Origin: Patescibacteria group bacterium
Lineage (GTDB): Bacteria; Patescibacteriota; JACPGU01
NCBI GenBank assembly: GCA_022703645.1
Contig: JAKLDG010000001.1
Coordinates: 797,254-861,253, forward strand
Direction: 5' to 3'
Length of the DNA stretch: 64,000 bases
Shown: positions 38,613 to 47,523 of the stretch, one piece after another
Layout: each line of letters starts with the position of its first letter
How positions within the stretch are numbered: the stretch's first letter is position 1
Position numbers and translations under genes: made by a program
Notes under the pieces: generated by a model
Told to the model about the DNA's origin: nothing
Seen by the model: the letters and a program-made list of their open reading frames with translations, nothing else
The model's database searches: none

Positions 38613-38734
38613 ATAAGCGGTAAGCAGGTAAGTTATAAGTATTAAAGAGTAGACTTATCTTGAAAAACATTGATACAATTCGTTTTTTATGTTAAAATTA
38701 TTCAGTAATAGAAAAAATAACCTAAATAATAAAA

Positions 38735-38992
38735 ATGGCAAACTTAAAGGCGTCTATAAAAGACATCAAAAAATCAGCAAAAAAGAGAGCCCAAAACTTG
38801 TCTTATAAATCCAAAATGAAGAAAGCGATCCGAGCAGTGGAGGACGCGGTTGAAAAAGGAATGGACAAGAAAGGTCTCCTAGAATTAGTTTCAAAGGCCT
38901 ATCAGATAATTGATAAAAGCTGTAAGGTTGGAGTGGTTCATCGTAATAATGCAGCACGCAAAAAATCAAAATTAGCGAAAGCAGTAAAATAG
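38735..38992 (+). CDS. rpsT: 30S ribosomal protein S20
   Basis: 85 aa MANLKASIKDIKKSAKKRAQNL...AARKKSKLAKAVK. Confidence 0.85.
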   Translation: MANLKASIKDIKKSAKKRAQNLSYKSKMKKAIRAVEDAVEKGMDKKGLLELVSKAYQIIDKSCKVGVVHRNNAARKKSKLAKAVK

Positions 38993-39002
38993 TTCTCAAA
39001 TA

Positions 39003-39031
39003 AAAATCCCTCCAAAAGGAGGGATTTTTTA
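39003..39031 (+). terminator. Rho-independent terminator after rpsT (atccctcc-aaaa-ggagggat + T-run)
   Basis: A perfect 8-bp stem followed by tttttt. Confidence 0.75.
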
Positions 39032-39043
39032 GTTAAATACTTG

Positions 39044-39409
39044 TTATTGGGTCAAAAAATCCGTTCCTTCTCCTGCGCCAGTAATTCCCAACTTAGACAT
39101 TACGAATGACTTTAGAGCGAAAGCTAAGGCAATAATTACTACACCAATAATCGCATAAGCAATAGTCTTATTCGCTGTCGCTACCTTTTCCGGATTACCA
39201 GCAGAGGTAACATAATTAAAGCCACCCATAATTACATAAATAACTGCGACAAAGCCTGCGGCGCCCAACAGCACATTAAGAGCGGTGTTTACAAAATTCG
39301 CTAAGCCCCCCTCCTCAACAAATCCTTCAACTGCTAAGGCTTTATTGCTTGCAAAAAGTATTGCAGACGCAGAGATGCTTGTGCTAATTAATTTAATTCG
39401 TTTTGACAT
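39044..39409 (-). CDS. T4SS pilin-like small protein (VirB2/TrbC-like; signal peptide plus two hydrophobic helices)
   Basis: Signal peptide ...ASNKALA, then GGFNYVTSAGNPEKVATANKTIAYAIIGVVIIALAFAL. It shares the motif [ST]xGNP[DE]K with the next gene. Confidence 0.5.
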   Translation of the reverse strand: MSKRIKLISTSISASAILFASNKALAVEGFVEEGGLANFVNTALNVLLGAAGFVAVIYVIMGGFNYVTSAGNPEKVATANKTIAYAIIGVVIIALAFALKSFVMSKLGITGAGEGTDFLTQ

Positions 39410-39582
39410 AAAATCTCCTTATTATCCCCAATAAATAATGGGGCTAAATTATTATTTTTATTTGTTATATTTTTTGATTTCTTGTTTTCTTTTCTCATGG
39501 TTTTCGACCTTTGGTTTTATTTTATTATAAATTGCTTTTTTTGCAATATCTTTATAAAACACCATTCGTATATTCGTTAGGT

Positions 39583-40218
39583 TCAAGGGCTTGTTGTGGT
39601 TGAGCCAGGGGTATTTATTTGAAGTTGTTCTACTGCGCTGGGGTTGCTTGCTGGATTGATATTAGCATTATTATAACCGATAAAATTGATAATAAACTGT
39701 GATAAAGCGTAAAACAGTATCAGGACTACCAGCCCAAGCAAGGCATAAGTAATCATGGCGGTGGCTTTTTTAATTTTATCCGGATTGCCTGTGGAAAAAA
39801 GATAATTGATTCCACCCCAAGCGATCAGTAGCGCAACCAGCACAAATCCAAATTCAAGTCCCAGTGATAATATATCTCCCATAGTCTTACCAGCAAAAGT
39901 AAAAATTGCTGCTGAACTGGTTTGCCCCGAGGCTTTTTCTTGAACTCCACTCAGTAGTCCAAAAAAAACTCTTGCTCCTACCACCACTATTAATGAGGTA
40001 ATGCCTGCTTCTACATATTTACGCGCTTTTTTAATTTTATCTGGATTGCCACTGCTGCTAATATACATCAAGGTAGCAACCATAAATGATATAAGACAGG
40101 CAAGCAAAGTCAGCCAATAAGTAACAGAATAAAGCGAGCCAAGAAAATTTGTACTGAAATTAATATCGGTCAGGCTTGTTCCAGAGACGATACTATTAAA
40201 ATCAAGATTAGTAGCCAT
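39583..40218 (-). CDS. Tandemly duplicated T4SS pilin-like protein (two pilin modules in one ORF)
   Basis: Two copies of the module: ...YISSSGNPDKIKKARKYVEAGITSLIVVVGA... and ...LFSTGNPDKIKKATAMITYALLGLVVLILFYAL. Confidence 0.5.
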   Translation of the reverse strand: MATNLDFNSIVSGTSLTDINFSTNFLGSLYSVTYWLTLLACLISFMVATLMYISSSGNPDKIKKARKYVEAGITSLIVVVGARVFFGLLSGVQEKASGQTSSAAIFTFAGKTMGDILSLGLEFGFVLVALLIAWGGINYLFSTGNPDKIKKATAMITYALLGLVVLILFYALSQFIINFIGYNNANINPASNPSAVEQLQINTPGSTTTSP

Positions 40219-40226
40219 TGATTATT

Positions 40227-41591
40227 CTAATAATATTTTTTCAGCATATCATTGCCTCGGCTGACAGCAGTGTCCAGCGCGCTTTGAGAACTTTCCCCAT
40301 ACTTTGTAACAGAGTCAATCATATCAATGATTATTTTATCAAACGCTTCACCATTACCCTTATAAAAAGTCTTAGCATATTCCTTTTGTGTCTCAAAAAC
40401 TTTATCACTTCCACCGCTGATGCTAATAAGTGGGGATGGTTTTTTGGTTGCGGTGAGATACTGCGTTATATTTGCTGGGTCAGAAACAAATTTCATAAAA
40501 GACCAAGCCAATCCTTGATTTTTAGAATTACGAGAAACCGCCCAACCCCAATAATTTGCTAATGTGATATTACTTGGGGCACCCGTTATCTGAGGAAATG
40601 GAGCAACTTTAAGACTAATATCTGGGTTGATCTTTTTTATTTGCGGTATCATATATGAGTATCCTATCATCATCGCTACTTTGCTATTAGCAAAAGCCTC
40701 GATATTTGACGGAAAGTCAGATGACCATTTGTTGTTTTCATTACCATTTGCAAAAGCTGTATAGAAATCTAAGGCACTCGCTCCCGGATGTTTTATTTCT
40801 TCTGTTCCAGATTGTTTCTGGAATTGATTGAAAGTAAAAGTTCTTTTATCTTCTGAATTCATAATTGTTCCAGTCTGTAGCATCAAAGCCAATACTATAT
40901 CCTGAGAACGGGAAATATTACTTGTCAAACCCATTGCTATGCCTGCGTCTGCTTGTTGGGTTACTGTGCTTGTCACGCGGCCTTTTTTGTCATAATTAAC
41001 TATTGGGTGAGTTAGGATTTCAGCGTCTTTTATGACATCATCCCAAGTTGCGGGCGCTTCGACAATAGAGGCCTTATTAAACATTCTTGAATTATAGAAA
41101 AGCGCTAAGCTGTCACTATATAAAGGAAATGCATAAATATTTTTGTCTAAAACAAAGTCTTCATAAGCTGCTGGAAAGAATTTCTTTTGGTAGTCATCAA
41201 CAGAAATAATAGTGTCTTTTGCTGGGACCATCTTTGCTTTATGTTTTCCAATCCAGCTATTACTCACATAGAATATATCGGGTCCATTGTCCGAAGCAAT
41301 GGCATCAATAAGCATTGATTCATAATCCGCGTAATCTTTCATTACGTATGTAATTTTCGTGTCTGTGTAACCTTTTTGTTTATTGAAACTCTTAATTATT
41401 GGCTGCCAGGTATCACTACTATCAAAAACCCCCCAAATAACCAAACTATTTGTAGCGCCAGTATCAGTATTTTCTACTAGAGTCGTTCCGTTGTCTGGTG
41501 TTGTAGTAGTGGTTTTTTTCCCGCAACTCAATCCTGAACCGAATATAACCAAAAGAACACTCAAAAAAACTATGTATTTTGTAGCTTTCAT
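40227..41591 (-). CDS. ABC transporter extracellular solute-binding lipoprotein (family 1, sugar-type)
   Basis: Lipobox GSGLSC, ~450 aa with the SBP_bac_1 layout (...VIWGVFDSSDTWQ...IFYVSNSWIG...). Confidence 0.65.
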   Translation of the reverse strand: MKATKYIVFLSVLLVIFGSGLSCGKKTTTTTPDNGTTLVENTDTGATNSLVIWGVFDSSDTWQPIIKSFNKQKGYTDTKITYVMKDYADYESMLIDAIASDNGPDIFYVSNSWIGKHKAKMVPAKDTIISVDDYQKKFFPAAYEDFVLDKNIYAFPLYSDSLALFYNSRMFNKASIVEAPATWDDVIKDAEILTHPIVNYDKKGRVTSTVTQQADAGIAMGLTSNISRSQDIVLALMLQTGTIMNSEDKRTFTFNQFQKQSGTEEIKHPGASALDFYTAFANGNENNKWSSDFPSNIEAFANSKVAMMIGYSYMIPQIKKINPDISLKVAPFPQITGAPSNITLANYWGWAVSRNSKNQGLAWSFMKFVSDPANITQYLTATKKPSPLISISGGSDKVFETQKEYAKTFYKGNGEAFDKIIIDMIDSVTKYGESSQSALDTAVSRGNDMLKKYY

Positions 41592-41627
41592 TTATTTGGT
41601 ATTTTATTTTTATTTCTTCTTAAAAAG

Positions 41628-42071
41628 TTATTCCGCCTTTACCTTGATGGTCTTTCCTTTATTCTTTACTGCCTTTGGAATGCGGATGGTCAAAACCCCC
41701 TTTTTGTTAATTGAAGCATCAGCTTTGTCAGCTAATACAGCAACAGGAAGCGGTTGACTCCTTGCAAAAGATCCCCAGTAGCATTCACGTATTACATAGT
41801 CGTCACCAACTTCTTTGCGGTCCTCGTGTCTTTTTCCTCTAATATAGACGGAATCTTCATTAACATTTATTTCTAGATCCTCTGGGTCGACACCGGCGAC
41901 AGGAGCTTTGATAACCACATCATTATCGGTTTGGTACATATCGATTGATAATTGGCCTTCCGGTTCTTCAACATCTGTGTCATCATCGCTTGCTACAAGA
42001 TGTGTGTTTCTGCCAAATCCTAAAAAATCATCATCATCAGAAAAAAATTTTTCAATTTCACTTTTACTCAT
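41628..42071 (-). CDS. Hsp20/alpha-crystallin small heat-shock protein
   Basis: Alpha-crystallin domain ending ...KGVLTIRIPK; 147 aa. Confidence 0.8.
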   Translation of the reverse strand: MSKSEIEKFFSDDDDFLGFGRNTHLVASDDDTDVEEPEGQLSIDMYQTDNDVVIKAPVAGVDPEDLEINVNEDSVYIRGKRHEDRKEVGDDYVIRECYWGSFARSQPLPVAVLADKADASINKKGVLTIRIPKAVKNKGKTIKVKAE

Positions 42072-42343
42072 ACGTCATAATTCACTCCGTGCTTTCCGCA
42101 AAATCTTTTTGGAAAAAAGATTTTTCTACAAGCACTTCATGAATTCCTCCTTTTAAGAAAAAATCCTACTATATAATTTGGTATAGATTTTTTCTTGATT
42201 ATTTTTTATATTTATTTGTCTTTATTATAGTACATCAAATGAAAAACGCAATTCCTATTTTTTATTATAACCATGTTATAATACTTGTCATGAAAATAAG
42301 TATTTGATTTTACATTTATAGATACAAATAGTATAATATAATC

Positions 42344-45300
42344 ATGAAATTGAGAAACAAAATAGCTTATATTTTTATTCTTATCTCTCTCATATTTAGC
42401 GCGAGCTTGGTTAGTGTTCCAGCAAAAGCGCAAAGTGATCCACAGAATATCCCCAACCAGAAAATTGAGTATTCGTTTATAGTAAGTAGTACAGAATATA
42501 TTTCCAAAATATCTAAGAGCGATTTTGCTTTTACTGGGGTTGCAAGTTCTTGGAATAAAGATATATATAACCCACAGATATATTTAAGATCAGGTAAAAC
42601 AGAAAGTTCTTTAAGCGACTGGCAAATTATAACCCCCGAAAGTGATATGGGCCCGGATAATACCCCTAACGCAAATTTTTATTATGGGGATGTGTTCAAT
42701 GCAAACAAAGATAGCTACCTTCAATATAAAGCAGTATTTGATGCGCAAGATATTGGAAAAAATTTCTCTATATCTTTAAGTATCTTTGACGCTTCTGCTG
42801 CGCCACTTATTACTAAAATTTCAGCGGATAGCGCCGGTTTGGGTCCAAAAATAATTTCCAGATCAGCTTGGGGAGCAAATGAAAGCTATATGAATTGGAC
42901 TCCGGAATATAGCGAAGTAAAAGCGTTTATCATTCATCATACGGCTGGGGACGCGGGTTCGGGTATAATTGACCAGGCGAGCTTAATGCGTAATATTTAT
43001 TATGGACACGCGGTAAGTAATGGTTGGGGTGATATCGGTTACAATTATGTCATTGATTTTAATGGGAATATTTATGAGGGTAGAACTGGCGGAGGTTCTG
43101 TAGTGGCTGGTCATACTACCGGTTATAACTATGGTACTATTGGTATATCGGTAATGGGTGATTATACAACACGTGAATTTACGGAACAGCAGACACAAGC
43201 GCTTGCAGATCTAATTGCCTATAAATCTTTTCAAAATGGAATTGATCCTACCGGAATGGTTTATCTGAAAGACAAAACGATTTCTACAGTTGTTGGTCAC
43301 AGAGACCTCAATGCCACTCTTTGCCCGGGAACAAATATTTATACCAAAATTACAGATATAAAAAATCGAGCAAAGACCAAATTAGCTACTTATCCATCAA
43401 AACAAGTAAACGCGCAATTCATTTCCGCTGATGGTGGTACAAAGATCTTTGGCGGTGATACCAGCAAGTTCAATGTCAGTATAAAAAACAATGGAAATGC
43501 ACCGATATTAAGAGGTGGTTCACATCGTATTAATATTGTCAGTAATGGCGGTTCTGTTGTAGCAAATCTTGCGAATTCAGGTAGGAGTATCGAACCCGGA
43601 GAAACGGTAGCTATTAGCGTAGATGTTTCTGCTCCAACAACCACTTCAACGGTAAACCAAGCTTTTAGCGCAACGATTGATGGCGCGCTTATTGCGGGTG
43701 GAAATTTCTCAACGACTTTTAATATTGTGATGCCGCAATACAGGGCAAAGTTTAATGCAAAAAGCGCCGATTTGGTTTTACAGCCAGGTCAGAAAGGAAC
43801 AGTTTGGGTGGAATTCAAAAATGTCGGAAGCGAGAACTGGCAAAGTAATACGGGGTTAAAATTAGTAACCAAGTTTGGCAATAGTAGTTCCTATTATACT
43901 TCTGGGGATTGGGAATCCGGATCAAGTGTTGGAACATTTGACCAGCTTCCAGTAACAGCTGGGAGCATTGGCAGAATCTCTTTTCAAATAACTGCCCCCT
44001 CAACAGCCGGTAATTACAGAGAGAGTTTTAAATTAACAGCCAACCCATTACTTGAAGGTGGTTCTGATCTTGAAGTTTCTTTTGGTCTTGTAAACCAAGC
44101 TCCAAGTGGGCAGCTGATAAGTACTACTGAACAAAAAGTTTATAGCAAAAATATTTCTGATTATAGTTATCAAATTATTACTCAAAGTCCGTATCTTGAT
44201 ATGGTTACCGGAGATAAAAAAGAAGTGTTTATTGAGATAAAAAATACTGGCAAGACCAATTGGTACAAAGACACTCTTCGCCTGGGTACATTGAGAGTTG
44301 CGGATCGAGCAAGTATATTTGCCGATTCTTCTTGGAAATCAGCCAATCGTATTGAAATGCAGCAAACTAAAGTTGCTCCGGGAGAAAATGCGCGATTTCA
44401 GTTTACAGCAACTGCGCCAAACCAGGCCGGAAGTTTCAAAGAATATTTTGGCTTTGTTGCCGATGGAGTTGGTTGGATGAGTGATATCGGGCTTTATTGG
44501 GCGATTAATATTTCTGCTCCAGCGGTTCCAACTTCATCTAGTTCAACATCATCCGATCCCTATGCAATGCAATTAATCGATAAAGGCAACGATATAAGCG
44601 TTGCAAAGGGCATTGGTACAAATGTAAACATAAAGGTGAAAAATAACGGAGCTGCTACTTGGAAAAAAGGCGTAGTCAGACTTGGGACGTTTGAACCAAT
44701 GGATCGGGTGAGTACCTTTGCTGATACTAATTGGTTGAGTACAAACAGAATTGCTTTTGCAGAAACGGAGGTTGCGCCGGGAGGAATAGCAAATTTCAAT
44801 TTCACGATTAATTCAAGTAAAGATGTTGGTAACTATATAGAAAAATTCAAACTCGTTGCTGAAAATATTGCTTGGTTTGGGGTTGTTATACCAATAAATA
44901 TTTCAATCACAAATCCACCAGTTGTCAGTTTGCCTGCTACACCTAAGATAGGAGATGCTTTTGCATATGTTTCACAAAGTCCTCATCTAACTTTAAATAC
45001 CGGCGATACTGTTCAGGTTTGGATAGATCTGAAAAATACCGGAGATACAAATTGGGAAAAAAATTCTTTATCTCCTGTGCGTTTAGCTACAAATAACCCA
45101 CGTGATAGAACCAGCGCGTTTATTTCATCTAATCGCATTTCTTTGAATGATAATATTGTTTACCCTGGTAATACGACTCGCTTTAGTTTTAGTATTACAG
45201 CTCCGGGTACACCGGGTGTCTATAAGGAGTATTTTACTCTCGTGCGAGATGGTGTTTCATGGTTTAATGACATAGGAATTTATTGGCAATTTACAGTAAA

Positions 45301-46264
45301 TAAATCAACTCAACAAGATACTCAAGTTACGACAAATACTCCTACAACCGGAACGCTAACTAGTATTCCCGCAGGTACGCAAACGGTAAGAATTTCAGCC
45401 AGTGGTCCATTTATCGTAGTAAATGGACCCGAAGTAAAATTAGCTGAAGGTGGTGCTGGTGATTATATAGACGCATTTTATAAAGATGGAAAACATTATT
45501 TTAATTATAAAGGTCAAACTATACTTGCGGATGGTTGGGTGAGAGTTGTCCCATGGGCAGCACAAACCATTTTGACTCTTGATAACTATTCTGACAGACC
45601 AGCATGGAATACTTCGATAAATGATAATAAATTCAAGGGGGCTATAGAAGTACGTTATAGCACAAAAAATAGTCGGCTTTGGGTTATTGATGATCTAAAT
45701 ATTGAAGATTACCTCAAAGGTGTTTCTGAACCTCTCGAAAGCGGTCCCTATGAATATATTAAGGCAGCAGTTATTGCGGAGCGCAGCTACATTTATTATC
45801 ACTTGCAAAGGGGTGGCAGATGGCCGGATGATTTTATTACTCTCAAAAACTCGCGCAATGGTAATGGCGATGATCAGATTTATCAGGGTTACAATTTCTC
45901 AGCCCGCGCTGTAAATATTCCAAGAGCAGTATCTGATACAGCTGGGCAAGTAGTGACTTATAATGGTAATCCAGTTTTAACTCCCTACTATACGCAAAGT
46001 GATGGGAGAACCCGCTCGATTTCTGAAGTTTGGGGATCAAAACAGAGTGACTATCCGTGGTTAGTTTCTGTGCCTGATCCATGGTCTGCTGGATACCCAA
46101 TGTTGGGTCATGGCGTTGGTATGTCTGGTCGTGGCGCGAGAGGCTTGGCAGCGGAGGGTAAGAGTTATCAGGATGTACTAAAATATTTCTATACAGGAAC
46201 TGGAATCGGGAATATTAGTACGAACAGAAATATCCGAATTGGGATATATTACATAGAACAATAG
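42344..46264 (+). CDS. Secreted multidomain cell-wall hydrolase: N-acetylmuramoyl-L-alanine amidase (Amidase_2/PGRP) plus 5-6 copies of an unassigned ~85-100-aa repeat plus C-terminal SpoIID/LytB domain
   Basis: Signal peptide. Amidase_2 block SRSAWGANESY...FIIHHTAGD...GWGDIGYNYVIDFNGNIYEGR. Repeats with consensus NxG..W....RLGT..P.DR.S.FAD.SW.S.NRI....V.PG....F.F...AP...G.Y.EYF..VA.GV.WM.DIGLYW. C-terminal SpoIID-like ...YEYIKAAVIAERSYIYYHL...QIYQGY...YYTQSDGRT. Confidence 0.7.
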   Translation: MKLRNKIAYIFILISLIFSASLVSVPAKAQSDPQNIPNQKIEYSFIVSSTEYISKISKSDFAFTGVASSWNKDIYNPQIYLRSGKTESSLSDWQIITPESDMGPDNTPNANFYYGDVFNANKDSYLQYKAVFDAQDIGKNFSISLSIFDASAAPLITKISADSAGLGPKIISRSAWGANESYMNWTPEYSEVKAFIIHHTAGDAGSGIIDQASLMRNIYYGHAVSNGWGDIGYNYVIDFNGNIYEGRTGGGSVVAGHTTGYNYGTIGISVMGDYTTREFTEQQTQALADLIAYKSFQNGIDPTGMVYLKDKTISTVVGHRDLNATLCPGTNIYTKITDIKNRAKTKLATYPSKQVNAQFISADGGTKIFGGDTSKFNVSIKNNGNAPILRGGSHRINIVSNGGSVVANLANSGRSIEPGETVAISVDVSAPTTTSTVNQAFSATIDGALIAGGNFSTTFNIVMPQYRAKFNAKSADLVLQPGQKGTVWVEFKNVGSENWQSNTGLKLVTKFGNSSSYYTSGDWESGSSVGTFDQLPVTAGSIGRISFQITAPSTAGNYRESFKLTANPLLEGGSDLEVSFGLVNQAPSGQLISTTEQKVYSKNISDYSYQIITQSPYLDMVTGDKKEVFIEIKNTGKTNWYKDTLRLGTLRVADRASIFADSSWKSANRIEMQQTKVAPGENARFQFTATAPNQAGSFKEYFGFVADGVGWMSDIGLYWAINISAPAVPTSSSSTSSDPYAMQLIDKGNDISVAKGIGTNVNIKVKNNGAATWKKGVVRLGTFEPMDRVSTFADTNWLSTNRIAFAETEVAPGGIANFNFTINSSKDVGNYIEKFKLVAENIAWFGVVIPINISITNPPVVSLPATPKIGDAFAYVSQSPHLTLNTGDTVQVWIDLKNTGDTNWEKNSLSPVRLATNNPRDRTSAFISSNRISLNDNIVYPGNTTRFSFSITAPGTPGVYKEYFTLVRDGVSWFNDIGIYWQFTVNKSTQQDTQVTTNTPTTGTLTSIPAGTQTVRISASGPFIVVNGPEVKLAEGGAGDYIDAFYKDGKHYFNYKGQTILADGWVRVVPWAAQTILTLDNYSDRPAWNTSINDNKFKGAIEVRYSTKNSRLWVIDDLNIEDYLKGVSEPLESGPYEYIKAAVIAERSYIYYHLQRGGRWPDDFITLKNSRNGNGDDQIYQGYNFSARAVNIPRAVSDTAGQVVTYNGNPVLTPYYTQSDGRTRSISEVWGSKQSDYPWLVSVPDPWSAGYPMLGHGVGMSGRGARGLAAEGKSYQDVLKYFYTGTGIGNISTNRNIRIGIYYIEQ

Positions 46265-46336
46265 AAAACAAAAAAGCAATGAATCAAAAAAGGGCCTTTT
46301 AGAGGTCCCTTTTAAATTTACTAAAAAATGAACAAT

Positions 46337-46657
46337 TTAGGATGCAAATTCGACTTCAACCTCTTTTGTATCTACAGAAAAAGGTACATCTGATTTTGCA
46401 AGCGCTAAGGCGATTTCTCCCAAAATTTCGAACTGGCACTCAATAGCGCTTTCTTTTAAGTATGCGACAAAACGTTTGGCTGGCGCGCAGTCGCATTGAA
46501 TAAAGATAAATCTTTTTTTCTCTCCATCGTATTTAACCGCATACCCGCCGGATCCTATTGGGTTAAATGTGCTGTCAATACTTTCGATAATTTTTTTGTT
46601 GGTTTCATTTTTGGGTTCGTCTGGTCTTTTTAGTGTAATAACTGCAATTTTTGTCAT
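46337..46657 (-). CDS. Hypothetical protein (106 aa)
   Basis: ORF followed by a hairpin terminator at ~46290-46320; no motif. Confidence 0.35.
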   Translation of the reverse strand: MTKIAVITLKRPDEPKNETNKKIIESIDSTFNPIGSGGYAVKYDGEKKRFIFIQCDCAPAKRFVAYLKESAIECQFEILGEIALALAKSDVPFSVDTKEVEVEFAS

Positions 46658-46744
46658 GATGTTTTACTCCTTTTTTAAGGTATTTTTTGCTATATATAAT
46701 TTAGCATAAATAAGCCCTTTTGTAAAATATGTTAGAATAGTTTT

Positions 46745-47491
46745 ATGCTAAAAGATATTTATATTATCTTAAGAAACTTTTTGTTTGATCTCTTATTCCC
46801 CTGTTGTTGTCTTGGTTGCGGTGCAGAGGGGTCTTGGATTTGTCAGCAGTGTCTCAAAACTATTGATATTATAAAACAGCCCTTTTGTTCGGAGTGCAGA
46901 AGATCTACTTCATACGGAGAATTTTGTGACAGGTGCAAAAAAGATTTTGCGCTTGATGGGATTTTTATTTGCGCGAATTTTAACGAAGGAGTCCTCAAAG
47001 AAGCGATTCACCAATATAAATATAGCTTTGTTTTTGATATAGGGGAGATATTAGGGAAAATTATAAATGGAAAATTAAATTATGAATTAGGAATTATGAA
47101 TCATGAATTAAAATTTGACATGGTTGTACCGGTGCCATTGCATAAAAAAAGAAAAGCATGGAGAGGGTTTAATCAATCTGAGGTTTTAGGCAAAGTTATT
47201 GCGAAAAAATCAAATATTAAAATTGAGAAGAAAATCCTAGTACGTAATAAATATACAACTCCGCAAATGGAATTAGATAGAGATAGAAGATTGGAGAATT
47301 TAAAAGATGTATTTGAGATTAATAATGTAGGGATTGATAGCTATCAATCCCTACGGACAATACAGAATAAAAATATTTTATTGGTTGATGATATCACGAC
47401 AACCGGAGCAACGCTGGAAGAATGCGCCAAGGTTTTAAAAATAAATGGAGCAAAAAGTGTTTGGGCAATAGTTTTGGCAAAAGGTAAGTAA
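46745..47491 (+). CDS. comFC: ComF-family protein (ComFC-type phosphoribosyltransferase, competence/DNA uptake)
   Basis: N-terminal Cys-rich zinc-finger (CxxC...CxxC) plus C-terminal PRTase motif ILLVDDITTTGATL. Confidence 0.7.
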   Translation: MLKDIYIILRNFLFDLLFPCCCLGCGAEGSWICQQCLKTIDIIKQPFCSECRRSTSYGEFCDRCKKDFALDGIFICANFNEGVLKEAIHQYKYSFVFDIGEILGKIINGKLNYELGIMNHELKFDMVVPVPLHKKRKAWRGFNQSEVLGKVIAKKSNIKIEKKILVRNKYTTPQMELDRDRRLENLKDVFEINNVGIDSYQSLRTIQNKNILLVDDITTTGATLEECAKVLKINGAKSVWAIVLAKGK

Positions 47492-47523
47492 ACGAAAAAG
47501 CGCCGTAAGGCGCTTTTTCGTTT
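47490..47523. terminator. Bidirectional terminator (aaacgaaaaagcgcc-gtaa-ggcgctttttcgttt)
   Basis: A perfect palindrome with flanking A/T runs, between convergent comFC and the S8 protease gene. Confidence 0.75.
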
